In this document: positions 1 to 13,082 of the stretch, in pieces
Numbering within the stretch: position 1 is the stretch's first letter
Layout of the letters: each line of letters opens with the position of its first letter
Source: Octopus vulgaris
Taxonomy: Eukaryota
Reading direction: 5' to 3'
Assembly: GCA_951406725.2 (NCBI GenBank)
Contig: OX597832.1
Coordinates: 70,370,001 to 70,434,000 of the forward strand
DNA: 64,000 nucleotides
Translations under genes and position numbers: made by a program
Notes under the pieces: model-generated
Database searches by the model: none
Told to the model about the DNA's origin: nothing
Seen by the model: only the letters and a program-made list of their open reading frames with translations

Positions 1-835
1 CACATTCTGTTTTGATCCATGCTAGGAGGAACAGTTCTATTATATCATAATTATTCCTGTCTACTGATTTCGTAATTGCATTACTTATCTCTTTCTTCGT
101 TATATGGGACTGCAACAGTTTATATGAGCAGAGAGAGAGAGAGAGAAACAAAGAAAAAGAGCGTGAAAGAACGAGAGACAGAAGGAATTATGGAATAGTG
201 ACGACGTGTGCAGAAGCAACCACATGGCTAGAATTATGAGTTAAAGTACTCTTAATGCTGTAAGAAGTGTGAAAATGTATACGTACGTTCACTGGAGAGG
301 TAACCGCCCCATGACTGTCTCGAGGGCCAACCAGCCTAAGCTTAGTTTCTTCAATATTGTAGGCATCGTCAGTGGTGACTGCTAGAGCGGCTCATGTTTG
401 GCTGATTCCGTCTGCCAGCATATATTTACCATAAACATTTATGGATGATTTTGTGAAATGCTAATGCGTATAATAAAATATTAATATAAACATCCAGACG
501 CAATGGGATGCCATAGAGGAAAAATAAAATCGTCACTAACGGTACCGAAGCACATACATTGCTAGAAATAAGAGTTAATATAAACTTGATGTTGTAGGAA
601 GAGCCCAAATGTAAACATATGCTGATATATTTTTGTATGTATGTCGGAGTGTGTGTGTGTGTGTGTGTGTGCTTCTGTGTGCGTGCGCGCGTAGTGTACA
701 TATGTATATAATTAAAGTTTAGATTGAAATCTTAAATTTTAAAATTGATACTGCGTTTTGGGTATGTCCTTAGTAGTATCACCGTTGTGACAGGTGAAGT
801 TTCCAGTACATTCAGTCTTCTATTATAATATATAT

Positions 836-1535
836 CTTTTTTATTCGTTTCAGCTGTGCGGCTACCATTATACTGGAGTACCACTCTGATTTTGCACTTT
901 GACATATAATTCTTCTTTGACTGATTTCTTCAGTTTGGTGCATGAGAGGGTTTCAAACAAGCTGCCGTCATCTGTACCTCATGCCAAGCTATTTGTTCAT
1001 ACGGGTTTGTGGAGAAGAGAGTGTCTGGCTCCTTTTAGAAGACATCCATGCCCATATTGTGTAGGTTTCTCAACTAGATAAGAGCTGTGTGCCTTTGAAC
1101 CCTAAGCTATTGGGGTACCTGGTCCTGAATGGAGTGGACAGTAAGTTTGGTAAAACATAACGCCGTCCAGTTTGGGCATTTGTATAAAACTCGATGCCGA
1201 AATTAGGTACCAGCTCTTCCAGAATTTTCTATATATAAATTATAACTTACCTATCGCGCCTTCGCTCCAAGGGGCGAAGTCGAAGTCTTTTTCGCCCCTC
1301 CTTGATGCTCATCTGCTGCACCGTTACCATCTTTTTAGCGTAGTAACGTTGGACCCCTGTTAGTCGGTCACTGCGTGCTGACCATAGCGGAGAGCAGTCG
1401 TCCGGGCGGACCAGAACAAGATCCTCCACAAGGTCTCTTGTCTTGAAGGACCTTAACATCCATCCTTCAAATTCACAGCATTTTGCTGCCAACTTGCTAA
1501 TGTGCGTATGAAATCATGCCTCGTTACACATACTG
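836..1535 (-). mobile_element. 3' fragment of a CR1/L2-group LINE (decayed RT C-terminal region and 3' tail)
   Basis: Minus-strand translation LRSFKTRD...LVRP.DDCSPLWS...GVQRYYAK...LRPLERRRDR matches the LVRP.LEY..P.WS / VQR / LERRR signature of the CR1-group RT C-terminus. It has frameshifts and ends in an A-rich tail near 836. Confidence 0.7.
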
Positions 1536-1541
1536 ATCCCC

Positions 1542-1631
<90 letters not shown>

Positions 1632-1640
1632 CATAGATAG
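1542..1640. repeat. (GATA)n microsatellite
   Basis: Direct reading of the sequence. Confidence 0.95.
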
Positions 1641-2092
1641 ATGTACGCCTATGTATATACATATGTTTATATATATATTGTACGTGTATATATAGATGTA
1701 TGCGATACATACATGCACATATGTATAGATATAGTTATATGAGTTACCTATATGTGTATATGTACGTGTGTACATAATGTAATGTAACGATGCGCATATA
1801 CACTCATATGGTCACACACCTAATTTCAGGTGATTATATATTATCCAATGTCTTGTATAATTTGGCTGTTATTTTTAACACATTGAACGACTGTCTGGAG
1901 AAACTCCGTCAACTGTGGATTATTTGATTTGCAAGAGATGGCATCTAATAATTATATTTCTCATTAGCACTCTGAGTTTCATAACTAATATTTTATGTTT
2001 AATTATTATTGTACATATAAACATATTTATGCGTATATTTGTATACATATATACATGATTATATATGAATATTTACACTTATATCTATACAT

Positions 2093-2128
<36 letters not shown>

Positions 2129-3040
2129 TGAATTTATATGAACGCCTACACACACACACACACAAGCACACATATATGCATATGCACGTTTACCTATTTA
2201 TGCGTGTAGGTGTAGGTGTCTATATATAGACACCTACATAGAAGCATACACGTGTTTTATGATAACTAGTGTGCTCAATTAATTTTCTTCCAATTAATCA
2301 GTAATATTTTCCAGCTAATTATGTCAAATATTCTTGCATGACTCAATCAAGAAGCTATTTAATTATTTACAAAGCAAGATGACAACTACTTTTTATCTTT
2401 ATTATTAGCTGTAGCATCTTAAAAAGTGTAATGATATATATGTGCATATTTATGTGTGTGTGTGTGTGTGTGTTAGTCTACGTCGTAAGCACATGTTGAC
2501 TATGCTGATTAATTAATTATTTGGTGCACTACAGAAGATCTCTTCGGGATACATTTGTTATACACATTACCCCTTTTTAAATACACAAACGAACCCCATT
2601 GTGAAAACTAGTTACTGTATAAGGTATATATCTCAGTGGTCATTGTTATGCAAATTAGGTAAATCAGTTTCGTACTTCCGTGGTTGTATTATTGCTCTAA
2701 TAAACGTAATACAAGATTAAAAACTAGTCTGGGTGATGACAATTTCTCTCTACGTAGAGGATCAAACTTAAGGAACGAGTGTTTTGTTTAATGTTCATAG
2801 CGAACCTAAATCTTAAATGTCGCCCGTAAAATCGTGGATTTAATCTAAAATTGTGGAAACTGAAACAATTTTATCGTTGTAGAATCTTTCTGCTCATTTA
2901 AGAAGCACTACACATGCTGTATATTTATACGGATTTACAAATAGCTGCGTTTATATATTTATGAACTTTTAAATGGATATACATTTGCACGATGAAGTAG
3001 CATTTGTACGAGTATACATATAAGCGTGTAAACACATGTG

Positions 3041-3077
<37 letters not shown>

Positions 3078-3110
3078 GCATTTGTATATATATATGTGTA
3101 TGTATATATG

Positions 3111-3142
<32 letters not shown>

Positions 3143-3145
<3 letters not shown>

Positions 3146-3780
3146 TACTGGTGAACGCCGGTTTCTAGGGTTACTCTGGGTTTCTTGCCATAAAGGGTAC
3201 CATTATGGCCTATCATCAGACCCTAAGATGGCCCCTTTAAAATATGGAGGGGGAAACGATATGGATATAAACAATAGGAATTAACTCCCTTCGGTGCTGG
3301 TCATCGGCTTTGGTTGTGTTGTCCACCTTCAGTCACGCCACCCGTCGGCTATGAGGGTTAAAGTTGGGTGAGGGGTTATCCCCTACTCTCATCAGCACTC
3401 AATTTCCATCTGTGGTGTAATTATCGCTAATACCGTTATTATCGCTATTATGCAGTTCCCAAAACGTTAACAGGAATCTCCTAAAATGCAAGCACGGCCC
3501 GAAAGTCTCCGTTCTGCAGTTCAGTATGGTCCCTGGTACGTACGAGCTTTTCAGAATTTCCATGCGTTCGGCTACGCATAGCTTGCAGCGTTTCGTTCCA
3601 TTAATGTACGGACCCGGACGGTACACACCTACCTTCCAAGCGCTGTTGTAAACAGCGAGTGCGGATTAGAACGTTAAAGCTTAGTGCGCATGCACAGCAG
3701 AGTTGAAGGTCAGTCTACGCCAAGGAGCTTTACACTGCATGCTTCAGCTTCGTTACCATGGCAACCGTCCGGATAGTCAT
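3143..3780 (-). mobile_element. Penelope-like element 3' fragment (GIY-YIG C-terminus plus 3' region with hammerhead)
   Basis: ORF 3399-3626: PYINGTKRCKLC..E..I...ILNCRTETFGPCLH..FLL resembles the PLE endonuclease C-terminus. A hammerhead motif lies downstream and the element ends at (TA)n. Confidence 0.7.
3168..3223 (-). ncRNA. Minimal type I hammerhead ribozyme motif
   Basis: Minus strand: GGGT-CTGATGA-tag-GCCATAA(loop)TTATGGC-aa-GAAAC-ccaga-GTA-ACCC. Helix I GGGT/ACCC and helix II GCCATAA/TTATGGC. An alternative pairing (TAGG/CCTA followed by GAAACCGG) also exists. Confidence 0.6.
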
Positions 3781-4039
3781 TGATTTGAACTTGTGTATAC
3801 ATGTGTATGTATGCGAGCGCGTGGAACGAGATCGAGCACTGTCGGATTTCTTTGAATTTCCTCAGATATACCATGTCTATTATTCTCCACCACGGATTTT
3901 ATTAGGTTCTGTGTGAAACATATTGTTGTAGTGACACAAAAACATATACAAAAGTAATAATACAATAGAAGTACCAACGACAGTAACCAAATAAATTTGA
4001 CCTTAATGATACTAACAATAATAAAATAGTACAGATTCG

Positions 4040-4195
4040 TTAACGTCCTGTGTTCAAATTCCGCCGAGGTCGACTTTGCCTTTCATCCTTTCGGGGTCGA
4101 TTAAATAAGTACCAGTTACGCACTTGGGTCGATATAATCGACTTAATCCGTTTGTCTGTCCTTGTTTGTCCTCTCTGTGTTTAGCCCCTTGTGGT
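4040..4195 (+). mobile_element. SINE family B copy, interrupted by the RTE LINE
   Basis: gttcaaattccgccgaggtcgactttgcctttcatcctttcggggtcg... is near-identical to the units at 7580-8480. It carries a B-box-like GTTCAAATTCC. Confidence 0.85.
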
Positions 4196-7100
4196 CAGTT
4201 CAGGTCCGATGTATGCAGCATCGGATCCGGCTACTGGTAAACTGTAAACCAGTACAACCTGTGTCAGTGGGGTAGAAAGGGGTCCTTAGCCGTAGTGAAG
4301 GCAATCTGTCTAGGGAGATAACCTTACAACAAATCACTCGGTCCGTAGCTTAGAAATACTGGGTTGACGTCCAACGGGAACAGCTTTGTTTCATGGAGGA
4401 GGAAAGATCTTCTTTTGTGCTTGGTTGTACAATGCTTTTCAATGTGTGTAGTAGCGGCGCGTGCACACATTATTAGCTATTTGAAAGGACTATAGAATGT
4501 ACAATTAACTGCACCAGGGTTCCTCTTCCCCAGGGAACCAGACTTAATGATGTACCTGTGGATGTAGGTCCAGCCCCTGCTTTACCGGGTCCTGTCTCTG
4601 ATCACGTTGCACCTCCAAGGGCATCCAATGACAGTGATGCCCTCAATCTTAACAGACGGGTATCACCTGATGGAGAAGAGTCAGCTCCCAACCAAACAAC
4701 ACCAAGCAAACATCTCATCAGCTGTAAAACTCATACAATATTCAACACTTTCAATGCCCGCACCCTCGATCCTCTCGGACGTTTAGAGGAACTTGGTGCA
4801 AATGCAGAATCACACAGCATTGATATAATAGCTGTCCAAGAACACCGATTCTACCACCCTGACGATATCCTCAAATACCATCAAGTTGGATCTTATCAAT
4901 TTGTAACCTCCTCAGCATCAAAGATTACTGTTAATTCAAAAGTTGGAGGTATCGGCTTTCTACTTTTATCAAAAGCTAGTGATACTCTCTTGAGTATAGA
5001 ATCAATCTCGCCCAGAATTATGGTGCTTGAGATAGATGGAAATCCGAAAACAACATCGGTATGTGTGTATAGCCCACATAATTCGTCTGTGGCAGATGAG
5101 AGTGAGGATTTTTATACAACTCTTCGTTCAACCATTGAGCAAGTATCTCTCCATAATTTTCTAGTTATAGCTGGTGATCTGAATGCTAAACTAGGACCCG
5201 ATGAGACCAAGTTTACTTTCAACTCTAAAACTAATCGGAACGGGGAAATGCTCAAAGACTTTTTACAGGAATTTAATCTTTACTCCTCCAATAATTATTT
5301 TATGAACCCAAAAGGACAACTTTGGACATTAGAGTATCCATCTGGTGACAGGGCACAAATTTTTCGAAAGAAGTGGCGCAATAGTGTCAAAGACTCGAGA
5401 TCCTACTCTTCCTTTAGATCTGAGTCTTAGTCTTCGCTCATCCAAAAAAGCTAAGCCTCATCCGATGAAAACGATCGACTGGAAGGAAGTCTCGTCTAAC
5501 CCCGATATGTCCAAGCAATTTACTATTGAGGTATATAAGAAATTTCAATCTTTGTCTACTTCTGAAATAGATGGTGAGAACTTTGAAGAAGTTTACGGTA
5601 GCCTCATCAAACCAACAGAGGAAGTTGCACTGGCTACTCTTCCCAAAAAGAAGAGTAGGGACCAGAGCAAACCATATAATTCTCCAAACGTCATCGAAGC
5701 CAGAAACCATCTAAAGTCTATATCACTAGCTTACCACCGTCCTCGATCCCAGTCACTGAAGATCCAACTCATAACTGCCAAGAAGAATCTTGATGATGTT
5801 TACTTGAACGCCGAGGTCGACTTTATCAACGGCAAAATTAGCAAACTATCCAAAGAGCACATTAGTAAAAAACACCATATTGCCTGGAAATCCATCAAAG
5901 ACCTATCAGGCAAAATTTCTGGGTCATCAATTAGAATCAAAGGGGGATCAGCTAAGAAGCGTTTAGAAAATTGGTCAACTCATTTTAAAAATCTTCTTGG
6001 AAAGAATGCCAAAATCCCTTATAACTCCACTCTTCCAAGTGTGCCTATATCAGATACACTGGACATCAACACCTCCCCTTTTACCATATTTGAACTAACA
6101 GCAGCCACAAAACAACTGAAAGCCTCGAAAGCATTTGGTCCCGACAACATCCCAGCTATAATTTGGAAGGATGATAGATTTCACGATAGATTTCAATCTT
6201 TGCAATCACAGTTTCCACTTTTATAGCTCCAAAGATTTCGCACCAATCTCAAATCATCCCAAAAAATGCGATTTATCCCTCGTCACCAACTACAGGTACA
6301 CCAACTAATGTCAATTGCTGCAAAATTGTACAACAAACTGATTCTAATCCGTCTCGTCCCTTTTGTTGAACCTTTGCTCCGAAAGAACCAAAATGGATTC
6401 AGACATGGACGCTCAACGTTGAGCCAAATACTATGCCTACACAGACTCATTGAAGAATCAAAAGCATTTAATCGCGATCTTGCAATGGTGTTTGTAGACT
6501 TTTCTAAAGCGCTCGACTCTGTAGATAGGTACAAGATTTTTGAAATCCTTAAGCTCTATGGGATTCCAGACAAAATCATCTCTGCCATCAAGGTCCTCTA
6601 CAAAGATATGTCTTCAACCATCTTAACCCCTGATGGGGAAACATCATCTTTCTCAATCAAAGCCGGAATACTGCAGGGAGACACACTCGCCCTATTTCTC
6701 TTCATCATTGTCGTTGACTATGTGTTACGTATGTCAGTTGATACCATCTCTGGCAAGGGCTTTGAAATAAAACCTAGAAGTTCCAGACACCCAGCTGAAC
6801 ACTTAACATACACTGACTTTGCTGACGACATCGCTCTTATCAGTGATTCTCTATCCAATGCCCAGTCCCTTTTACAATCTCTTGAACAAGCCTCAAATTG
6901 TGTAGGTCTTTACCTCAATGAGTTCAAGACTGAATATGTAAACAAGTGCCTGCCCAACAGTGATTTCATCATCTATACTCTCAACAATACGGTCTTAAAT
7001 ATGGTTTCTGATTACAAATATCTTGGGACATACATATCATCATCTGAAAAAGATTTTCTAACTAGAAAGGGTATGGCCTGGTCAGCCTGTAATGATATGC

Positions 7101-7575
7101 ATAAGATCTGGTCATCAAATCTAAGTAGAGATTTCAATCTTAAAATCTTCAAAGCCACAGACGAACCAATTCTAATATATGGCTCAGAAACCTGGACGTT
7201 ATCAAACAAGCTTGAGAGGCGGTTGGATGGAACTTACACTCGCCTCCTTATGAGAGCTCAAAGTCTCTCGTGGAAGCGTCATCCAACCAGAGTATAAATA
7301 TATGGGAAATTACCACCTGCAACATCTCTTGTGAAAGGTAGAAGAGTCCAGTTTGCTGGACATCGTTGTAGAGCTGAAAACGAGGTAATGTCTACTCTTC
7401 TCCTCTGAAAGCCATCTGCTCGCGATACCAGAGGGCGCACACTCTCCTACCCTGATGTAATCTCCAGGGATACAGGCATCCAGAAACATGACCTCCGTAA
7501 TGCTATAATGGACCGTGAAGTCTGGCGTAATATAGTAAATTCCATTGTCTCGACCACGGTCGAACGACGATGATG
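4196..7575 (+). mobile_element. Near full-length RTE-clade LINE (APE endonuclease + reverse transcriptase), frameshifted
   Basis: APE motifs TFNARTL, IAVQEHR, VYSPH and GDLNAK (4558-5430). RT motifs GPDNIP, QNGFR, FVDFSKA, GILQGDTLA, FADDIAL and YKYLG (5345-7297). Homology continues past a stop codon to about 7572 and ends in a short (GAY)n tail. GTGGT is present on both flanks. Confidence 0.92.
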
Positions 7576-8482
7576 GTGGTAGTAAAGAAGTAGGTATTTC
7601 GTCTACTGCTATGTTCTGAGTTCAAATTCCGCTGAGATTGACTTTGCCTTTCATCCTTTCGCGGTCGATTAAATAAGTATCAGTTACGCACTGGGGTCGA
7701 TATAATAAACTTAATCCGTTTGCCTGTCCTTGTTTGTCCCCTCTGTGTGTAGCCCCTTGTGGGAAGTAAAGAAATAGAAATAGGCATTTCGTCTGAAATA
7801 GAAATAGGTATTTCGAGTAGAAGGGATTGTTGTTATTATTTTTATTAAGGCGGCGAGCTGGCAGAAACGTTAGCACGCGGGCGAAATGTTTAGCGGTATT
7901 TCGACTGTCTTTACGTTCTGAGTTCAATTTCCGCCGAGGTCGACTTTGCCTGTCATCCTTTCGGGGTTGATTAAATAAGTACCAGTTACGCACTGGGGTC
8001 GATATAATCGACTTAATCCCTTGGTCTGTCCTTGTTTGTCCACTCTATGTTGAGCCCCTTGTGGGTAGTAAAGAAATAGGTATTTCATCTGCCTCTACGT
8101 TCTGAGTTCAAATTCTACCGAAGTCGACTTTGCCTTTCACCCTTTCGGGGTCGATTAAATAAGTACCGGTTACGCACTGAGGTCGATATAACCGACTGAA
8201 TCCGTTTGTCTGTCCTTGATTGTCCTTTCTGTGTATAGCCCCTTGTGCGTAGTAACGAAATAGGTATTTTAAGGCAGCGAGCTGACAGAAACGTTAGCAC
8301 GCCGGGCGAAATGCTTAGCGGTATTTCGTCTACCGCTACGTTCTGAGTTCAAATTCCGCCGAGGTCGACTTTGCCTTTCATCCTTTCGGAGTCGATAAAT
8401 TAAGTACCAGCTGCGTACTTTGGTCGATCTAATTGACTGCTCCCTCCACCAAAATTTCCGGCCTTCTGCCTAGAGTAGGAAA
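7576..8482 (+). mobile_element. Tandem array of about 4 SINE family B units
   Basis: Repeated ~185-240 bp units (ttctgagttcaaattccgccgaggtcgactttgcc...ccccttgtgggtagtaaagaaatagg). Heads ggcgagctggcagaaacgttagcacg lie at about 7850 and 8272. Confidence 0.85.
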
Positions 8483-9087
8483 AAAATTAGTAAAGAAACC
8501 AAATCTATTTAAATGACAGAGATAATAACATAAAATTGAAGGTGTCTTTTGCTAAGCAGCAGACCAAATTTGTCAATGGGAAAAAATAAAATGGAATAAA
8601 GGGATTGCTTGATTGTTATTCTTTCTTTTTACCACCCTACACGTCTCTTTTGAATTATCTATTAGCTTTATGCTTTCAGGCCGTTTGGCTTCAGGTGACC
8701 TCCATGAACTCCCCTAGCATAGAGGCTTAATTTCTGTCCCATATTTTACTTGTATTTGAATGTGAATTAAAATAGTCACGAAAATATGAAAATGCAGAGT
8801 AAAATTATGTGAAGACAAAAATCTAAAGAATTTAGGCTTTTTGCCAAAACAGTGTAGCTAAAATACGATAGAATAGATTTTAGTAGTGAGATTTTTTTAG
8901 TTGTCGATTTAATAAATCTACGTTGGCAATGAAGAATTGTTTAAGGAATAAAGTGATGTCCAGGGTGCAACAACAAACGTTGTGATTTGCTATTGAAGCC
9001 TCGTATTTTCCATCTTCCTGTTATATTACTCTTATGTTTAAACCTACACAAAAGTGCAATTCCACATGTTTATCCAGTCATACTGTA

Positions 9088-9528
9088 GAGTGGCATGTGG
9101 TAGCCGTTAACAGCATAGAATCTTTCAAATGCAAGTTACGAGGTTATGCCTCCCAACCACAGGAGTATGGGTTCAGTCCCATAGCTTGGCATCTTGGGAA
9201 AACATTTTGTGTTACAGTCTCGGGCCGATCAAAGTTTTGTGAGTGGATTTGGTTGAGAGAAGCTGAAAGAAGCCCGTTGTATACCTATCTATCTATCTAT
9301 CTATCTATCTAAATGTGTGTGTGTGTGTGTGTGTGTGTCTTTGTCTGTGTTTTCCCCCATTACCGCTTGACAACTGGTGTTGGTGTGTCTATGTCCTTGT
9401 AATTTAGCGGTTCAGCAAAAGAGACCAATGGGATAAGTATTGACATCTATTCATTCGACAATAATCCCAAAATGCGGTGCCCCAGGCATGGCCGCAGTCT
9501 AATGACTGTAACACTAAAAGATAAAGAT
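9088..9528 (+). mobile_element. SINE family A (tRNA-derived, CORE-like body, LINE-like tail), degenerate
   Basis: ggttcagtccc B-box, gagtggatttggt, internal microsatellite, ttgacaac.ggtgttggtgtgt and tail ggtgccccaggcatggccgcagtc.aatgactg. Same family as 58361-58775. Confidence 0.75.
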
Positions 9529-9575
9529 TATGCTCACACATATATGTATATATATATACATACACACAGATACAA

Positions 9576-9637
<62 letters not shown>

Positions 9638-9641
<4 letters not shown>

Positions 9642-11046
9642 GAATGGAGTTGAATGACGAATTAACAAAATTCCTTTATTTTCGACATATGTTTCGAAGG
9701 CTGCATATTCCTGATTGCGAAGGAATAAGGAGTATATTATGCCGCTTTCTCATCAGGAAAAGCAAGGAACTTATGTCAACATCAAGATGCACAAAAGACT
9801 TTTAGATGACTGCCCATAGCGATAATGAGTGTCTCTTTAAAAAATTCCTTTATAAGGAGTGACGTCAAAATGGTTGGATGTAGAAAATTCTAGAAGGTTC
9901 TGAAGGTTCAAGGGTTCAAACGAAGTAGGAGAAGAGCGGTATAAGAATAGGAAGGTGAAAGGGTGCAGTTCAAATGAATGGTGAATTTTCTTTTGTGAAT
10001 GAGTGTCTGTGTGTGTGACTGTATATAACTGCATTAATGTGTGTGTGTGTGTGTGTGTATGTGTGTGCGTGATTGTGTTTGTGGATGGGTGGATGTCAGA
10101 AAACAGACAGTGGTGAGGTGAACAGTTTATGTATGTTTGTTTGATTGTGCTTACTATAGATAGAGGGAAAGAGAGAGAGAAAGAGAGAGAAAGAGGAGGG
10201 CGACGTATAGAAACAAAGGTAACACATACCTCACTGGATTGGGTAGTAGTTCTTTGAAAGTATAAAAATAATTTTTTGACTATGGGGGTGAAATATATAA
10301 AAAAAGAGTTATTTTAATTAAAATTCAAGGGGCTAACTATATCAATCATTATTCATATGATTGAAAGGTGTGTTTTTGCCAGTGTATGCATCTGTAGGAC
10401 CTCTCGACGATTGTATTTATTAAAGGGACTTTGGCGAACAAAATATGAAAAAGTTCTGAATTACAGACGCCACAATGTTTTCTGCCCTTGTCAAACGGGA
10501 AGGACACCGACAATATGGACCATTCCAGTTTGAAAGTTGTATTGCTGTCCTTCAGACGCCAAACTAATTTACTTAGTCCCGTGCTGTGTTGTTTTCTCTT
10601 ATCTCTGAAAGTTGAATAATGGTTGGATATCCTTTGGGCTAATTTAGAAGAAGTTGCTCCGATGTAGAAGACGACATCGGTCCCCGAAGAAATTTTGCAC
10701 TGGTAAATTGTGCTTCTGATTTTGGAATTTTTGGATAGGAACTTTAATCTGATGGGGTTAACATCCGATACTAAGACAGAGTTTTTATTGTTATGATAGG
10801 TGTAAATATTGTTGCTAGCATTGACCACGATACTATTCATCTTATTATCATTACTATTAATTGTAATATCTTCGGCAATTTCTCTGACTATAGGAATGCT
10901 GGGACTGTTATCATCAATAATACAACTGTTATTAGAAATGTTATTATTATTACCACTAACACCACCACTGTTTATAATCCGGCTAATATTATTATCATTA
11001 TTACTATTGTTAACGCCAGTGCTGGTATGAATATCAGTACTGTTTA

Positions 11047-11081
<35 letters not shown>

Positions 11082-11679
11082 GTTAGGTTGGAATTGGTAA
11101 GGGCAGTGTCGCTACTCCTGGGTGATGAGTCCTTATTTATCAGCTTATTATTATGGGAGGCAATTATCTGCGATAGGTTTCTAGTGTTGGAAAACGCAAT
11201 CCTCACCTTATGCGAATTGATAGTAGAGAATTCCTGGGAAAGTTCCTAGCTACGGCTTCACGGAACTGTAAAGGGAGGTTAGACCTGATTTGTTTCCCGA
11301 AAGGAATAACAAACCAGATATAGTTTTTTGGGGACTTAGAATAGCTCAGATTGTTAACATTTACATTAAAGGGAGTATTTCTGTGTTGTAGAATTGGTGT
11401 TGGTTTTCGATTCCCTCCCCTGGTTCGTACATTATTTTTGTTAATTATATTAGTGTCGACGTTGTTAGGGCTGAAATCATTAATTACATTATTTCTATTG
11501 TTATTAGTTTTCTTATCCTGAGAGGCAAATATTAGTTTAGAATGGGCCGGGTCGATATATGATACCTTATCCCTATAACCGGCTTTTGACAGGGCGGTAT
11601 TATAAAATTCCACTTTTTGTTTTAAAATGTCGACATTCGCAGATAAATTTGATAGTCTTAAGGACATATTTTTAACTAG

Positions 11680-11682
<3 letters not shown>
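9638..11682 (-). mobile_element. 5'-truncated Penelope-like element: RT thumb, Asn-rich linker, GIY-YIG endonuclease and 3' region with hammerhead
   Basis: ORFs 11203-11682 (RLSNLSAN..FYNTALSKAGY..IWFVIPF) and 10349-11206 (IYQCKI..FYIGAT..RISNHYSTF..STGLSKLVW.LK..WSIL..CGVC..E). Frameshift near 11205. (TA)n on both sides. Confidence 0.85.
9679..9761 (-). ncRNA. Minimal type I hammerhead ribozyme, canonical core
   Basis: Minus strand: TTTTC-CTGATGA-GAAAGCGGCATA...TATGCAGCCTTC-GAAA-CATATG-TC-GAAAA. Helix III is palindromic (ACATATGT) and the cleavage triplet is GUC. Confidence 0.85.
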
Positions 11683-11752
<70 letters not shown>

Positions 11753-12242
11753 GTATATATATATATGTATTAATGTATGTATGTTTGTATGCATGTATGT
11801 ATGTATGTATTTATGTATGTATGTATGTATGTATGTATGTATGTATGTTTGTATGTATGTATGTATTGGTGGGTATTTATTTCTGGATTTTTGGGGGCAT
11901 TTGTAGTCATATATATATGTCTATGTGTCCAAATGCATAAGTATAAATACATATGAGATACAAAGATTGCTATAACAGTGGATGAAGGCATCTGCATGCT
12001 TAGGTTTTATTTTCGCATACAATAAAATGTGTACACGTGTGTTTACTTACTTTTGCGCATCCATATGTATGTGGTATAAATATGATTGATAATTCGAAAA
12101 TTTTTTCGGATTCATATTAAACTTCACTATATTCACAGGTGTATTTAATACTTATTTACGTAATATAGATAATTATAAAGCTGAGCAGAGATGTAAACGT
12201 GTACTTCCCACATTCCATTAGCAGTTATTTGTTAAGTTGTCT

Positions 12243-12354
<112 letters not shown>

Positions 12355-12877
12355 AATATTTATATTTACAATTGTTTCTATACACTATATTTCGGATATT
12401 GCCTTTGTTATTTATTTTATATAATAGTCACAGATATGCCTCTGTAAGCCATTATATATCAACAATGAAGTAATAATATTTAAGGATATATTTAACTTCC
12501 TGAAACTAACCTGGAATTATTTCCAACATTATTTACTATATCACACCAGTTCAATAGATCCAATACAATTAAACATCTAGCTATTTGCGTTTAACAAACA
12601 CACACACAGAATTGCATACATATGTGTGCGCGCGTTCGTGCGTGTGTGTGTGTGCGTGTGTGTGTGCGTGTGTGTGTGTGTGTATGTACACACATATATA
12701 CAAAAAAATTTACAATAAACATATACAAGACTTTCTCAGGTTTGTAACATTGTTTCTGTTATCTGCATTCCGAAGATGAAGCTTTGTAATCTGTGTCAGA
12801 AACCAGGTCTTTCTTCACAGGAATAATTTAATTAAAAACAGAAAATAACGTGCATCCATAAATTATTTGCAGAAATC

Positions 12878-13082
12878 AAGGTGGCGGCCCGTGAGAAGCG
12901 TTGCTGCATAGAGCAGAATCCTTTACGGCATTTCGTCTTGTTTTATGTATTGAGTTCAAATTACTCAGAGATTGTCTCTTTCGGGGTCGATAAAATGATA
13001 TACCAGTCGAACGCTAGGGTCGGTGCAATCGACTAACCCACTCACCTTTATTTCAGGCCTCGTGTCTAGTGCAGTAAGAATT
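12878..13082 (+). mobile_element. SINE family B copy, degenerate
   Basis: cggcatttcgtc...ttgagttcaaattactcagag...tttcggggtcgataaaa...taccagtcg. Confidence 0.65.

Noticed and set aside
3752-3765. Perfect RFX X-box-like palindrome GTTACCATGGCAAC
   Set aside because: It lies within what appears to be decayed PLE coding sequence, and no adjacent gene start is recognisable.
7576-8482. Regularly repeated units resembling a CRISPR-like array
   Set aside because: The units are ~200 bp whole-SINE duplications without unique spacers, the context is eukaryotic, and there are no cas genes.
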